Below, one piece after another: positions 1 to 10,233 of a stretch of 64,000 nt of DNA. A program made the position numbers and the translations under genes. Under the pieces are notes generated by a model. That model was not told the DNA's origin, did not search any database, and was given only the letters and a program-made list of their open reading frames with translations. Source of the stretch: a phage; sequence record PZ496581.1, one strand, 5' to 3'. The stretch's first letter is position 1; each line of letters starts with the position of its first letter.

Positions 1-558
1 TTCAGACGAAAGGTTGATAGCAAACGTATCGATAAGTGCTAACAACAATGTAGTGGACATCGTCGGAGCTAAAGAGTTCTCGTCAACTTCTACCGCGATA
101 CCGGTGCAGAACGTATAATCAAAAAGAGCTTCGTATTCTTGTGGAATGTCAGGGTTACAATGTAACAGAATCTGTTTAACCTGAGGACGAATCATACGAA
201 GATGTTTAGCAACACCTATCATTTCTTCAGTCTTACCAGAACGACTGATGTGAACTAATACATCATTAGGTGCAATAAATCCTGCGTCACCATGAGAATA
301 ATGCCCGGTGTTCAAATACATGCTAGGAATACCTAGTGAAGCAAAAGTCTCGGAAGCTTTAGTTGCGATATTAGCATTCTTACCAACACCTGTAATAATT
401 ACCCGGCTTTCATAATTACTAAGTCCAGGGCGTCGAAGAGTTTCTAGAATAGCATTATAACGAGCAGGGTTTTGACTAATTACTTTAGCCATAGTGGCAA
501 GAGATGAAGCTTGTTTTACGATTGCGTCAATAGCGATAGTAATAGGAGTAGTTTTCAT
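1..558 (-). CDS. SIS-domain sugar-phosphate isomerase (KpsF/GutQ arabinose-5-phosphate isomerase-like); 3' end cut by window edge
   Basis: ATG at 556-558 on minus strand; translation MKTTPITIAID...VIITGVGKNANIA...HGDAGFI...SRSGKTEE...APTMSTT carries SIS-fold motifs. Confidence 0.65.
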   Translation of the reverse strand, partial: MKTTPITIAIDAIVKQASSLATMAKVISQNPARYNAILETLRRPGLSNYESRVIITGVGKNANIATKASETFASLGIPSMYLNTGHYSHGDAGFIAPNDVLVHISRSGKTEEMIGVAKHLRMIRPQVKQILLHCNPDIPQEYEALFDYTFCTGIAVEVDENSLAPTMSTTLLLALIDTFAINLSSE

Positions 559-598
559 ATTTCTCTCATTTAATTAGTTGGCCGTCCTTGGCATTATA

Positions 599-3310
599 TC
601 AAAAATCAAACATATCGAACAGAGATGCTTTCTTCTCGTAATCGAGTTTAGCTGCTGATGTGAATCCTTCAAGTGGTTTAATAAATGTCTTCTCAAGGAG
701 AACAGTGTAGTCCATCCAATGAAGTACATCGTCTTTAATTAAATCTGTGATTTCAGTACCAGAAGGCCATGCGATACATTTATCACCGAATGGGTTTCCT
801 TCACGTAAAGGCAGAACATATACTTTTTCACCTTCTACAACTTGCGGTGCATCGATATTACCTTTGATAGCCCGGTTATACGTCAGAATTCCACGAATAT
901 GGAACGGGCATTTGGGACCAGGGAATCCACCGACGTCATATTTAGCAATGTTATTCGCAGAAGATACCGACGCGATGCTAATATAATTCAACTGACGGAA
1001 TTCTTTTTCAAACTCTTTAAAATATTCTTGTAATGATTCTTCACCTTCCTGAAGCATACGACGAATACATTCCTTAAGAGCTTTCTGTACTGCTTTAGGA
1101 GTCGAAGATTTCTGTGTTTCGAGACCCATGATTTTAAGCTTAGGTTCAGCGTATCTGGTTCCTTCCATATCCCATACATTCAAGGCATAACGTTTCTTAC
1201 CTGTCCAAAATCCGCCAATACCTTTAGAACCAAGCGGAGGCCCAGCGATAGCTTCTCGGTCCATGAACATTAAGTGTTGTTTATTGTTCATGTATTCACA
1301 CATTTCACGGAAACCTCTATCAATAGCTGGTTCCATACGTTCACGTGCAAACTTATCTAAGAAGTCTACCCAATGGTTGGTATCACGGAATTTAGATTCA
1401 CCAACCTTATCGATAATTTTATCGGCAGATACGTAAATAGAGTCTGTATCACCATAAAGAACGAAAGCTTCACCTTCTGTACCACAAACTTCATTCAGAT
1501 ATTCATTAACTTTACGTTCAATCCACTGTAAAGCCATTTGTCCGAATGTTGTGATTGCAGTAGCATTACGCAAATCATAATAACGGAACCAAACGTTTCC
1601 AAGTGCACCATAAAGTGAGTTGATGAGCAATTTACGGTTAATTTGTGCAGTCATACCTGCAACTTCAGTACGTTGAGCTCTAAACAACATTTCATTAAGA
1701 GATTTAGCAGACAACTTTTTAATCTTTTCTTTAATCTCATCGCTGAAGTCGAAACGATAATCAACATCTAATGGTTCGTCAACAGAAAGATTAGGATTAT
1801 GCAATGCCTCTTTAATTATTTCACCATTACGTTGAGCTGCAAGCATGTAACCTTTATGTTCTTTACGTTGATTAAAGACCTTAGTGATTTCAGTTGGAAC
1901 TACACCATCACGGTCTTTATAATACATCATGCCGTTAGGAGAACAACTGTACACATCTGAAGGACGTTCAGCGATTGCGTTAATATAATCATGCAATGGA
2001 GCTACTTTAAACGTTCCTGCTATTGTTTCCGGGCTAATATTCACTTGGCGAATAATACTTGGATACAGAGATGTAAGGTCGAAACTCATTACATATTTGT
2101 ATCGATTTGGAATAGGTTCCTTAACAAAAGCGCCAGGATAAGGTTGAACCGGGTGAGAACGACCTTGTGGAATCACCTTGTTCTGTTCTTTAAGGCTATT
2201 AAAAATAATAGCATCCCATGTTTTAATTGGGCCAAACACAGATTGAATCTGTATCTTAGCATAATAACCCATGTCCAAACTCAAGTTGATGAACTGACGC
2301 TTAGCATCAATTTGCAATACACGATACACATCGATAATGTTATAAGAAATATATCGTTGGTGATTGCTTTCACGAAGTTTAGAAATAGGGCCGTCATATT
2401 TCAGTTTACCAACGTTCAATTCAAATTCTGAAATGTAATCCAGAGAATACGATGGTTGATTGGTAAAAGAGAATTTTTTGTAAAGGTCAATGTAATCAAG
2501 AACAGAGATACCGAACAATGTAATGATTTCACGAGAACCATACATGTTTTCGATAACTTTAACACGAGTTTTACGATGTGGTGATAAACGTTTCGCAGTA
2601 GATTCGCCAAAAATATTCTTGATTCGGTTATACACATATGGAATATCGAATGACTCAACGTTCCATCCAGTCAAAATGACAGGAGTTTTCTGTTGCCAGA
2701 AGTTGAGATATTCCATCAACAATTCTTTTTCGTTATCGAACGGTATATAAATGATTTTATCGATAATTTCGGATGGAACTTCATCACCACCTTGTTCTTG
2801 AAGCTTAGCCGCAATTTCGATAGACCATTCTTCTACATTACCATACGGAGAATTCAATAGATCAAATACGTAGAACCTGTCGTCAATTGAGTCATAATGG
2901 GTGATAGCATCAATCGGATGTTTTGCTTGTGATGGCTCAGGGAACCCATCCGGAGATGTTACTTCGATGTCGAAGTTAGCCACACGAATTTTTGTATGGT
3001 CGTATTTGATTTCATAGTTATAAGTGTCAGACAAATACGCCAATTTGAAATCGTCCATACCAAGTGCTTCAAGTCCGATATCTTCCATGCGTTTAATCCA
3101 TTGGGAGGCATCACGCATATTAGCGAACAACTTACGAGTACACGGCTTACCGTAGATATCGAAATATTTCGTAGCCTGACTTTCTGGACAATGAGCAAAC
3201 AGTGATGGTTTATATTCTACTTCACGAGTACGTTCACGGCCATTAGAATCGATGTAACGTTCAAAAATTGAATCACCAATCTGTTCAACCGTTAAGTAAA
3301 ATTCTTTCAT
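599..3310 (-). CDS. 43: DNA polymerase, family B (gp43)
   Basis: 903-aa ORF with exo motif FDIEV and polymerase motifs SLYPS and YGDTDS; length and N-terminus as recalled for RB69 gp43. Confidence 0.97.
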   Translation of the reverse strand: MKEFYLTVEQIGDSIFERYIDSNGRERTREVEYKPSLFAHCPESQATKYFDIYGKPCTRKLFANMRDASQWIKRMEDIGLEALGMDDFKLAYLSDTYNYEIKYDHTKIRVANFDIEVTSPDGFPEPSQAKHPIDAITHYDSIDDRFYVFDLLNSPYGNVEEWSIEIAAKLQEQGGDEVPSEIIDKIIYIPFDNEKELLMEYLNFWQQKTPVILTGWNVESFDIPYVYNRIKNIFGESTAKRLSPHRKTRVKVIENMYGSREIITLFGISVLDYIDLYKKFSFTNQPSYSLDYISEFELNVGKLKYDGPISKLRESNHQRYISYNIIDVYRVLQIDAKRQFINLSLDMGYYAKIQIQSVFGPIKTWDAIIFNSLKEQNKVIPQGRSHPVQPYPGAFVKEPIPNRYKYVMSFDLTSLYPSIIRQVNISPETIAGTFKVAPLHDYINAIAERPSDVYSCSPNGMMYYKDRDGVVPTEITKVFNQRKEHKGYMLAAQRNGEIIKEALHNPNLSVDEPLDVDYRFDFSDEIKEKIKKLSAKSLNEMLFRAQRTEVAGMTAQINRKLLINSLYGALGNVWFRYYDLRNATAITTFGQMALQWIERKVNEYLNEVCGTEGEAFVLYGDTDSIYVSADKIIDKVGESKFRDTNHWVDFLDKFARERMEPAIDRGFREMCEYMNNKQHLMFMDREAIAGPPLGSKGIGGFWTGKKRYALNVWDMEGTRYAEPKLKIMGLETQKSSTPKAVQKALKECIRRMLQEGEESLQEYFKEFEKEFRQLNYISIASVSSANNIAKYDVGGFPGPKCPFHIRGILTYNRAIKGNIDAPQVVEGEKVYVLPLREGNPFGDKCIAWPSGTEITDLIKDDVLHWMDYTVLLEKTFIKPLEGFTSAAKLDYEKKASLFDMFDF

Positions 3311-3319
3311 TTAATTTCC

Positions 3320-3340
3320 TTTAGACGAGTTATTGTCTTT
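3320..3340 (-). promoter_or_regulatory. gp43 translational-operator-like hairpin 5' of the gene 43 ribosome-binding site
   Basis: mRNA-sense AGAC-AAUAACUC-GUCU hairpin then AAAGGAAAUUAAAUG; loop matches the T4 operator loop as recalled. Confidence 0.45.
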
Positions 3341-3368
3341 TGTTTGTTGATGAACTTATTATACTCCA

Positions 3369-3388
3369 AATGGGACCGAAGTCCCATT
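3369..3388 (-). other. stable RNA hairpin with UUCG tetraloop immediately 3' of regA
   Basis: AAUGGGAC-UUCG-GUCCCAUU on minus-strand RNA; near-identical copies at 23870-23885 and 37568-37589. Confidence 0.5.
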
Positions 3389-3391
3389 GCT

Positions 3392-3760
3392 TTAATTACC
3401 AATTGTATATTTTGCTTTCAAAGTCCAGTCATCTTTCTGTTTAAAAGAGATAACACGGAAGTTATTAGTCAGGCCAAACAGATCTTCACGAGCAGAGTCT
3501 TCAATAACAATCAAGCCCCAGTCTTCAAGCAACTGAGCAATCGAATCACGTCGCTGATAGTCTTCACCATCAATATCAACCTGACGTCCGTCCATACGCA
3601 GCATTTCTTTAAAGTGGACGATGTAATATTTACCTTGCTTTTGGAGGATATGACAGGACTGATAAAGAACTTTATCCTTGTTATTAGCGATGCCCATACG
3701 GGTCAGAGTCTCTTTGACTTTCAGAAAATCTTCGGGGTTCTTCAATTTAATTTCGATCAT
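3392..3760 (-). CDS. regA: translational repressor RegA
   Basis: ORF begins MIEIKLKNPEDFLKVKETLTRMGIANNKDKVLYQSCHILQK at the internal Met, matching T4 RegA. Confidence 0.93.
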   Translation of the reverse strand: MIEIKLKNPEDFLKVKETLTRMGIANNKDKVLYQSCHILQKQGKYYIVHFKEMLRMDGRQVDIDGEDYQRRDSIAQLLEDWGLIVIEDSAREDLFGLTNNFRVISFKQKDDWTLKAKYTIGN

Positions 3761-3762
3761 TT

Positions 3763-4326
3763 TTACCATTCCAATGCTAATTTTTTAAATTGTTTTTGTT
3801 CTTTCACATTTTTTGTAACTTCTTTGAGAAACTCATCAGTGACCATGGCCTTCAGTTCTTTAAGGACTATTGGCAACTTGTTATTTTTTTCAAGGAGCCG
3901 CTTATACTCGGTAGCATCATTCATGTTGATTGTGTAATGTTTCATCAACAGTTTGATAACTAGTAACTCTGAAGTGTCTTCGACTAGTTTAGCCCATTTA
4001 GAGAATCGTCGGCCACGTGGAATTGCCGCCATCATATAGTTGAAGTGCGCTTCATCACTTAATTCAGAACCGACTAAGTTCATCATGTAAACGGCTGGCA
4101 TACATTCTGGGAACTGGGATAATGAGTTCTCAACCATAAATTTTGAGTAGTCGACCTGAGCAATTGACATAGATTTCTTTTCATTAATAGCATTAATGAT
4201 TTTAAAGAATTCATTCTCAGGTTTTTCTTTAAACATGTCAGCACATTTTTGAATCGCATCAGCGTCGTTAGACTTCCATGCAATTTGGTGCTCGTTAAGT
4301 TGGACGTCATCATCAAATAAGTTCAT
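3763..4326 (-). CDS. 62: clamp loader small subunit gp62
   Basis: 187-aa ORF, T4 gp62-like, ends ...[13 protein letters not shown]; placed between regA and 44. Confidence 0.92.
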   Translation of the reverse strand: MNLFDDDVQLNEHQIAWKSNDADAIQKCADMFKEKPENEFFKIINAINEKKSMSIAQVDYSKFMVENSLSQFPECMPAVYMMNLVGSELSDEAHFNYMMAAIPRGRRFSKWAKLVEDTSELLVIKLLMKHYTINMNDATEYKRLLEKNNKLPIVLKELKAMVTDEFLKEVTKNVKEQKQFKKLALEW

Positions 4327-4327
4327 A

Positions 4328-5290
4328 TTATTTCCAAGTCAGTTCGCAGGTCAGTTGAAGAAGCATATACATAACATGTAATTCAATATTACTTGCTAAT
4401 CCATGAAACTTATTATTTTCGCCTGCAATTTCATAAAGCGAAATAATACTTTTACCTGGTGCAACTTTGTCATAACACTCAGAAACTAATTTATCGATGA
4501 ACCATGAATAATCAGCGGCATATTTTGGAGCTAACGCACGAAGCTGTTTGATATCTTTATTTTTCATTGCTTCTATGACATCATCTACCGTGCCACGATC
4601 ATTGGTTACAATCGACAAAATACCTGCATCAAGAACACCTTTAGACGAGTACTGGTCTAATTGACCAATTGTACGTCGAAAGTCCGGGAAGTTCTTTTTA
4701 ACCAGAGCTGCAACAACTTTCATATCAGCGATTTCGATATTTTCATTCTTACAGATTTCAACCATACGATGAATCATTTTCTTCATCATTGAGATTTTAT
4801 CTTCTTCGGTTGGACGTCCGAATTCGATAACTCGACAACGACTACGTAATGGTTCAATAATTCCATCGATGTTGTTGGCAGTAATAATAATAGAACAGTT
4901 ACTAGAGAATTCTTCCATGAATGTACGAAGGTGACGTTGTGATTCGGCGAGGCCACTACGGTCAAATTCATCAATAACAATAACTTTAGGTTTGCCTTCC
5001 ATTGAGACTGAACGAGCGAATGCAGTTAACGGACCACGCACAAAATCAATCTTACAATCAGAACCGTTGACGAACATCATTTCGGCATTGATATCATTAC
5101 ATAATGCTTTTGCTACGGTTGTTTTACCTGTACCAGGAGAAGGAGAGTGCAAAATAATATGAGGAAGTTTTCCTTTAGATACTAAAGACTTGAATGTTTC
5201 ATGGTCATACGCGGGCAGAATACATTCGTCAATGGAAGAAGGACGATATTTCTGTTCTAGAATGTGTTCTTTGGAATTGATAGTAATCAT
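4328..5290 (-). CDS. 44: clamp loader ATPase gp44
   Basis: 320 aa with Walker [11 protein letters not shown] and Walker B VIVIDEFD. Confidence 0.95.
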   Translation of the reverse strand: MITINSKEHILEQKYRPSSIDECILPAYDHETFKSLVSKGKLPHIILHSPSPGTGKTTVAKALCNDINAEMMFVNGSDCKIDFVRGPLTAFARSVSMEGKPKVIVIDEFDRSGLAESQRHLRTFMEEFSSNCSIIITANNIDGIIEPLRSRCRVIEFGRPTEEDKISMMKKMIHRMVEICKNENIEIADMKVVAALVKKNFPDFRRTIGQLDQYSSKGVLDAGILSIVTNDRGTVDDVIEAMKNKDIKQLRALAPKYAADYSWFIDKLVSECYDKVAPGKSIISLYEIAGENNKFHGLASNIELHVMYMLLQLTCELTWK

Positions 5291-5365
5291 GTAATTTTCC
5301 TCATTATCATTAAACTGGAGGATTTCTCCTCCATAATCGTATCACAATAAACGTAAAGCTTTGAC

Positions 5366-6052
5366 TTAGAAGTCGTGAGTAGAATCGGCTTCCATCGCAA
5401 TAACATAACTTACTTGAGAGCTTTCAAACTTGGCTGCAACTTTATCACCAGCTCCCCACAACATTACTTTATAGTTACCTGGCTGGATTTTCATATTAGC
5501 CATATTGATTACGAAGTTAAAGTTGTTAGAACCATCATAATCGGTAAGAGTTAAAGAATACTTAGGACGAGTTAGTCCAGAATCTTCAACTTTATTATAG
5601 CCATTGATAACAATTTTACCATCTTTATTTGTAATAGCAATTGTATCAATCTGAAGACCACGTGAAACTCGAAGCAATTGTTGAAGGTCTTCAACTTTAA
5701 TTTCAGTAATCACAGAAGCCACTGGGAATTGAATTGGCTTATTAGGAAAAACAATGGTGCTCTTGTCGGCAGCAGGCCAATAAACTGTGGAACGTGTATC
5801 TGCAATTTTAATATTGCCATCAGTGTGCATTGAAATTTCAGCATCATCAGACACTAGACTCAAAATGCTTAAGAAGCTATTCAAATCATAAAGTGCTACG
5901 TCAAAATCAATTTCATCAGAGATATTTGCTTCCGCATAAGTGGTGCCATTAACTGCACGAGTCATAATAAATTTACCTTGACTCAGCAGAATGCCAGAGT
6001 TAATAGAGGCAAAGTTTTTCAGAATAGCGATAGTATCTTTAGACAGTTTCAT
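5366..6052 (-). CDS. 45: sliding clamp gp45
   Basis: MKLSKDTIAILKNFASINSGILL... matches T4 gp45; start taken at internal Met of the ORF. Confidence 0.94.
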   Translation of the reverse strand: MKLSKDTIAILKNFASINSGILLSQGKFIMTRAVNGTTYAEANISDEIDFDVALYDLNSFLSILSLVSDDAEISMHTDGNIKIADTRSTVYWPAADKSTIVFPNKPIQFPVASVITEIKVEDLQQLLRVSRGLQIDTIAITNKDGKIVINGYNKVEDSGLTRPKYSLTLTDYDGSNNFNFVINMANMKIQPGNYKVMLWGAGDKVAAKFESSQVSYVIAMEADSTHDF

Positions 6053-6094
6053 TTTATTTCCTTTCAAGACAATTCAAAGTTTATAACAAATTTA

Positions 6095-6511
6095 TTATGC
6101 AGCAACCATCTGCTTTTTAATAGCTTCAGGCAGTGATTCAATATATTCTGGAATTTTAGAAGCAACAATTTCGCCAGCTGCAATTAGTTGTTCGTCGGCA
6201 TCAACACAGTAGAAATCTTCTAGACGCTCAGAACCATCTTTATCAAGAACGATTTTTCCGCCGGCTTCAATAGAATCTTTATAGTGCTTACGCATCAGAT
6301 GAATCCACATATCAGATACATCGTTATCAATAAAACCATAAATCATAAAACGAGTTTCTTGTGGCAAAGATTGGAGTTTTTTAGCACTTGCGTCATCACA
6401 ATGCAGGACCCATGCTTTACGAACACGATTATGGTTATGTGGGTTAGCGTCAGTACGGATAGAAGTAACTTTCAGATCAGCAGCAGTGAAACCTTTAGCA
6501 GTAGTAAACAT
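6095..6511 (-). CDS. rpbA: RpbA-like RNA polymerase-binding protein
   Basis: 138-aa ORF in the T4 rpbA position between 45 and 46. Confidence 0.5.
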   Translation of the reverse strand: MFTTAKGFTAADLKVTSIRTDANPHNHNRVRKAWVLHCDDASAKKLQSLPQETRFMIYGFIDNDVSDMWIHLMRKHYKDSIEAGGKIVLDKDGSERLEDFYCVDADEQLIAAGEIVASKIPEYIESLPEAIKKQMVAA

Positions 6512-6523
6512 ATTATTTCTCTC

Positions 6524-6724
6524 TTATTCGTAGAAGTCGGTAACTGTCCATGCAGAATTGCGATTAGACGTTATTTTATTATACTCATCTTTAAAAGCAG
6601 ATTTGAGCATTTGTTCAGTAACAATATGTTCTTCACCTGAAAACGTATTGGTCAAAACATATTTTTTAATTTCAGGGGCAACTAGAAGATGTTGTCCGGT
6701 TGAATACTCCATGTTGTTCTCCAT
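6524..6724 (-). CDS. hypothetical protein (45.2 position)
   Basis: 66-aa ORF tightly packed between rpbA and 46. Confidence 0.5.
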   Translation of the reverse strand: MENNMEYSTGQHLLVAPEIKKYVLTNTFSGEEHIVTEQMLKSAFKDEYNKITSNRNSAWTVTDFYE

Positions 6725-6766
6725 TTAATTTGATGTGGTCATTATAACCACATCGTGTTAAAGCGT

Positions 6767-8455
6767 TTATGAAACAGTCATTACCGTAAATCGTCCAACT
6801 TTGCTCATTTGAAGATGTTGTCCATAACGTTGAGGGTCATGGTCTCGATGAGAGATAATGAACACGTTAGTATTTTGTAAACTTCCAAGAATAGTATCTA
6901 TAGCCTTAACAGCTTCAGAATCTACAGCGCCGTCAAAAACCTCATCAAGAATCAACGTGTTGATTTTAACACCAGAGACCTTTTCAGCAATATCTCGCCA
7001 TGTAAACAACAATGCGATATCGATACGCGCTTTTTCGCCTTGACTAAATGAAGCATAACTAAAATCTTCACGGCCACGTGATTTTATAGATTCATTGAAT
7101 TCTTCGTCAATAGAAAACACGTAATCAGCTTCCATGATTTTAAGATAATGGTTAATCTGCTTGTTGAACAGAGGCACATATTTTTTAATGATAGCACCTT
7201 TAATACCAGAATCTTTTAACATATCTGTGATAATACCACGATGGTATTTTTCAAGAACGATATCTGATTTTGTTTTAATGATTTTATCAAGTTCTTTTTG
7301 AAGCAAAGCTATCTCATCGGCATGGTCGATAAATTCAGCCGAGGCTTGTTCTATTGCAGCTTTAACTTTCTTAGCTTTATCAATAGTGGCAATCATTGCT
7401 TGTTTCTTGGTACGAATATCAGATGCAAGGTCCTGTTTAGTCTTAACATTAGCTCTATATTCGTCCACTAGGACACTCAGATTATCTCTGTGACATGTAA
7501 GTTGCTCGAATGAGTGATTACATTCGTGAAGCTTATCGGTAATCTTAGAGACAATAGGATCACCCTGGTGCAACTGTGATGCACAAGTAGGACATGTACC
7601 ACCATCATGATACATCTTAATAACTTTGTTATATGAGTCAATTTTAGATTTAATCAAGAATGCTTCTTGTCCGATCTTGTTGAACGCCTCAGTAGGGTCT
7701 TCGTCAAGAACGATATTAAGTAGACGCTCGTTAGCTTCTTCAATTTCTGCTTTTAATGAACGAGCTTCTTTGGCTAGGTCGTCATACATATTCTGTAGAC
7801 GCGCTACATTATCACCAGATAATTTCTTTTGACGTTCGATATTCTCGTTATAAATCTTAATTTGTTGGATAACACCATCTTTCTTGGCATCGAGAACTTG
7901 TCCCTGGGAATTAAGTTCTCGAACTTGAGACTTATTGATTTTATCCATTTCAGCGAGTGTGCCGACTTCTAAAAGGTCTTCGACAAGTTTTCTACGAGCA
8001 GGGGTGCTAAGAGCCATGAAAGGGGTATACCCTGCCGTCCCAAGCACAACGATTTGTTTAAAAGACGCGTATGACATTCCGATGCTACGTTCAAATTCTT
8101 CTTGGAAGTCACGACTGCTGGCAGATTCATCAAGACGAACACCGTCAACGGAGATTTCGAAAATATTGGGCTTTTGGCCACGTCTAATGAAGTATTTTTT
8201 ATCATCGAATTCCATCCAAAGCTCAACTAAGAGCTCTTTCTTGTTCGTGCTATTAATGATTTGTCCTTTCTTAACATCACGAAATGGTTTACCGAAAAGT
8301 CCGAAAGTAATGGCTTCTAACATCGTAGATTTACCACCGCCATTTTTACCAGTGATTAATGTCTTTTGGACTTTATCTAATTGGATATCAATAGGATTCC
8401 CACCTACCGACATGATGTTTTGATAACGAACACGATTTAATTTAAATGATTTCAT
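6767..8455 (-). CDS. 46: recombination endonuclease subunit gp46 (SbcC/Rad50-like)
   Basis: 562 aa, Walker A GKNGGGKST, long coiled coil, C-terminal LILDEVFDG; matches T4 gp46. Confidence 0.95.
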   Translation of the reverse strand: MKSFKLNRVRYQNIMSVGGNPIDIQLDKVQKTLITGKNGGGKSTMLEAITFGLFGKPFRDVKKGQIINSTNKKELLVELWMEFDDKKYFIRRGQKPNIFEISVDGVRLDESASSRDFQEEFERSIGMSYASFKQIVVLGTAGYTPFMALSTPARRKLVEDLLEVGTLAEMDKINKSQVRELNSQGQVLDAKKDGVIQQIKIYNENIERQKKLSGDNVARLQNMYDDLAKEARSLKAEIEEANERLLNIVLDEDPTEAFNKIGQEAFLIKSKIDSYNKVIKMYHDGGTCPTCASQLHQGDPIVSKITDKLHECNHSFEQLTCHRDNLSVLVDEYRANVKTKQDLASDIRTKKQAMIATIDKAKKVKAAIEQASAEFIDHADEIALLQKELDKIIKTKSDIVLEKYHRGIITDMLKDSGIKGAIIKKYVPLFNKQINHYLKIMEADYVFSIDEEFNESIKSRGREDFSYASFSQGEKARIDIALLFTWRDIAEKVSGVKINTLILDEVFDGAVDSEAVKAIDTILGSLQNTNVFIISHRDHDPQRYGQHLQMSKVGRFTVMTVS

Positions 8456-8706
8456 ATGTATTCTCTTCGAATGAAGTCCTCTACATATTTTAACATGTCA
8501 TCTCTATCAGCAAAATATTCATCTAGTTCCGCATACATAACAACACCTGGTGCATACTCACAGGTAACATACATTGTTCCAAAGAAACGAGGAGTTGATT
8601 CCTCGTAATTCTCAGTCCATTCAACGATACCAATATAACCGTCACCAATACTAAATTCATGACGATGGATTTCATAATCAGTCTTCGTCATTATACGCAT
8701 CCTCAA
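8452..8706 (-). CDS. hypothetical protein (46.1 position)
   Basis: 84-aa ORF overlapping the gp46 start by 4 nt. Confidence 0.5.
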   Translation of the reverse strand: MRMRIMTKTDYEIHRHEFSIGDGYIGIVEWTENYEESTPRFFGTMYVTCEYAPGVVMYAELDEYFADRDDMLKYVEDFIRREYI

Positions 8707-8935
8707 TACACGCTTCAGCCATTTTAAGAATAGAGCCGGGAGTATCGTTGTCCATTATATTAAAGCTAAATTCAATAGCCCAGTCGGTGCAGACATGAAC
8801 TGCTTTAACTTCATTGCCTTCAACGCGTAATGGCTCAATCCAATACTTGATGGTGTTCTCGAATCCATCATCATCTTTAACGTCTATTTCAACTTCAAGC
8901 CCGAGCCCAGCATTGTTAAATTCATCTAAAGTCAT
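8678..8935 (-). CDS. hypothetical protein (46.2 position)
   Basis: 85-aa acidic ORF between 46.1 and 47. Confidence 0.5.
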   Translation of the reverse strand: MTLDEFNNAGLGLEVEIDVKDDDGFENTIKYWIEPLRVEGNEVKAVHVCTDWAIEFSFNIMDNDTPGSILKMAEACIEDAYNDED

Positions 8936-9951
8936 TGTGTTGCCTCAATATAAAGTTCGTTGGAATATTTGACCAGCGCTTCTCTGTCTTCGTCTGAGAT
9001 ATCTGGAATCGCGTCAATATATTCTTTAATGATATCTTGAAGTGATTTAATCTCGATTTCCTGGTCATCATCAGATTCAACACTGTTATCAACTTTAGAA
9101 ACCATACGAAGAGAGTGAACTACTTTTTCAAGTTCAGATTCAAACTTAGTCAACTCTGAATCAATTTCTGATACTATAACACGTACGGCTAGATTAGTAT
9201 AATCAGAATAATTAATTTTGCCTTTAAACGGATAAGTGATTCGTCGATGCCATGTTGTTTCATTAGGAATAAATTCCATACGTTCAACATCAGTGTCAAA
9301 TACCCAGAATCCGCGTGGGTCGTTCTCATCGCCTGCAGTAAGGGTCCATGGTGTCCCAATATATTTGACGTTAGCAGCTTCAGAGATTGTGTGGAAGTGG
9401 CCGGACCAGACTTGTTTATAGGTCTTTAAGAAATCAGGTTCAAGCCCATGAGACTTCATTCCTTTATAGAAATAGAAGCCATTTAATTCCCAGTGACCAA
9501 CACAATATGCGGCAGAAGAAGTCTTGATGTGCTCTAAGATTTCACCTGTATTTTCTTCACACATCCATGGAATGATATCAATCAGACATCCGTCAAAATC
9601 TACAGTAGTTGGATGTTCGTAAATAGTAAAGTTTTCAAATTGAGTTAACAATTCAGAAACAGTGTTAGGTGTTATTGTATTCTTAAACGCCATGTCATGG
9701 TTTCCTATCGTGACATGAACGTGAATGCCTGCTTTAGAAATCATATCAACGATTTCACGATTGAATTCCATTGTACGATGTGTTATTGCTTTACGGACGT
9801 CAAACCAATCGCCGTACTGAATCCAAGTTTTAATCCCGTGTTTCTTAGAGTATTCAATTGCTTGACGAATACCATCACGTTGAATATCTTGAATCCATGG
9901 GTCGTCTTGTTTGACTCCGATATGGAAGTCGCCTAAGTGCAAAATTTTCAT
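8932..9951 (-). CDS. 47: recombination endonuclease subunit gp47 (SbcD/Mre11-like)
   Basis: 339 aa with phosphoesterase motifs LHLGDFH and GNHD. Confidence 0.95.
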   Translation of the reverse strand: MKILHLGDFHIGVKQDDPWIQDIQRDGIRQAIEYSKKHGIKTWIQYGDWFDVRKAITHRTMEFNREIVDMISKAGIHVHVTIGNHDMAFKNTITPNTVSELLTQFENFTIYEHPTTVDFDGCLIDIIPWMCEENTGEILEHIKTSSAAYCVGHWELNGFYFYKGMKSHGLEPDFLKTYKQVWSGHFHTISEAANVKYIGTPWTLTAGDENDPRGFWVFDTDVERMEFIPNETTWHRRITYPFKGKINYSDYTNLAVRVIVSEIDSELTKFESELEKVVHSLRMVSKVDNSVESDDDQEIEIKSLQDIIKEYIDAIPDISDEDREALVKYSNELYIEATQ

Positions 9952-9994
9952 ATTATTTCCTCATTAGTTAATTCATTCTATCATCCGTTTATAA

Positions 9995-10022
9995 AGCAAA
10001 AAAGGAACTCCGAAGAGTTCCT
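9995..10022 (-). terminator. intrinsic terminator
   Basis: GGAACUC-UUCG-GAGUUCC hairpin followed by a U6 tract on minus-strand RNA. Confidence 0.55.
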
Positions 10023-10192
10023 ATCCACATAGTACACCGTACAGAGGCTCATTTGAACTTTTAAATCGAATGGGCTTGTACGTAATAGTTCCTTCGGCTT
10101 TAGCTTTATCATAAGACTCTTTAAAACGTCTCATTCTTTCTGCTTTGCCTTTACGGATTTTATCGAAATTTTCAGAAGTCGGGATGTTCGTC
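10022..10192 (-). CDS. hypothetical small protein (57 aa, below ORF-track cutoff)
   Basis: ATG with GAGAGGTG SD; MTNIPTSENFDKIRKGKAERMRRF...; manual translation. Confidence 0.35.
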
Positions 10193-10233
10193 ATGCATAA
10201 GCACCTCTCAGAAAATGCCTAAATCAATTTCTC

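Noticed and set aside
747-2750. Plus-strand ORFs (747-986, 842-1033, 1991-2431, 2523-2750) inside the gene 43 region
   Set aside because: Antisense shadow ORFs within a well-supported 903-aa polymerase gene; low-complexity translations, no RBS context.
7935-8423. 162-aa plus-strand ORF and other plus or alternative-frame ORFs inside gene 46
   Set aside because: Entirely nested antisense to a conserved SbcC-like gene; Ser/Leu-rich translation typical of shadow frames.
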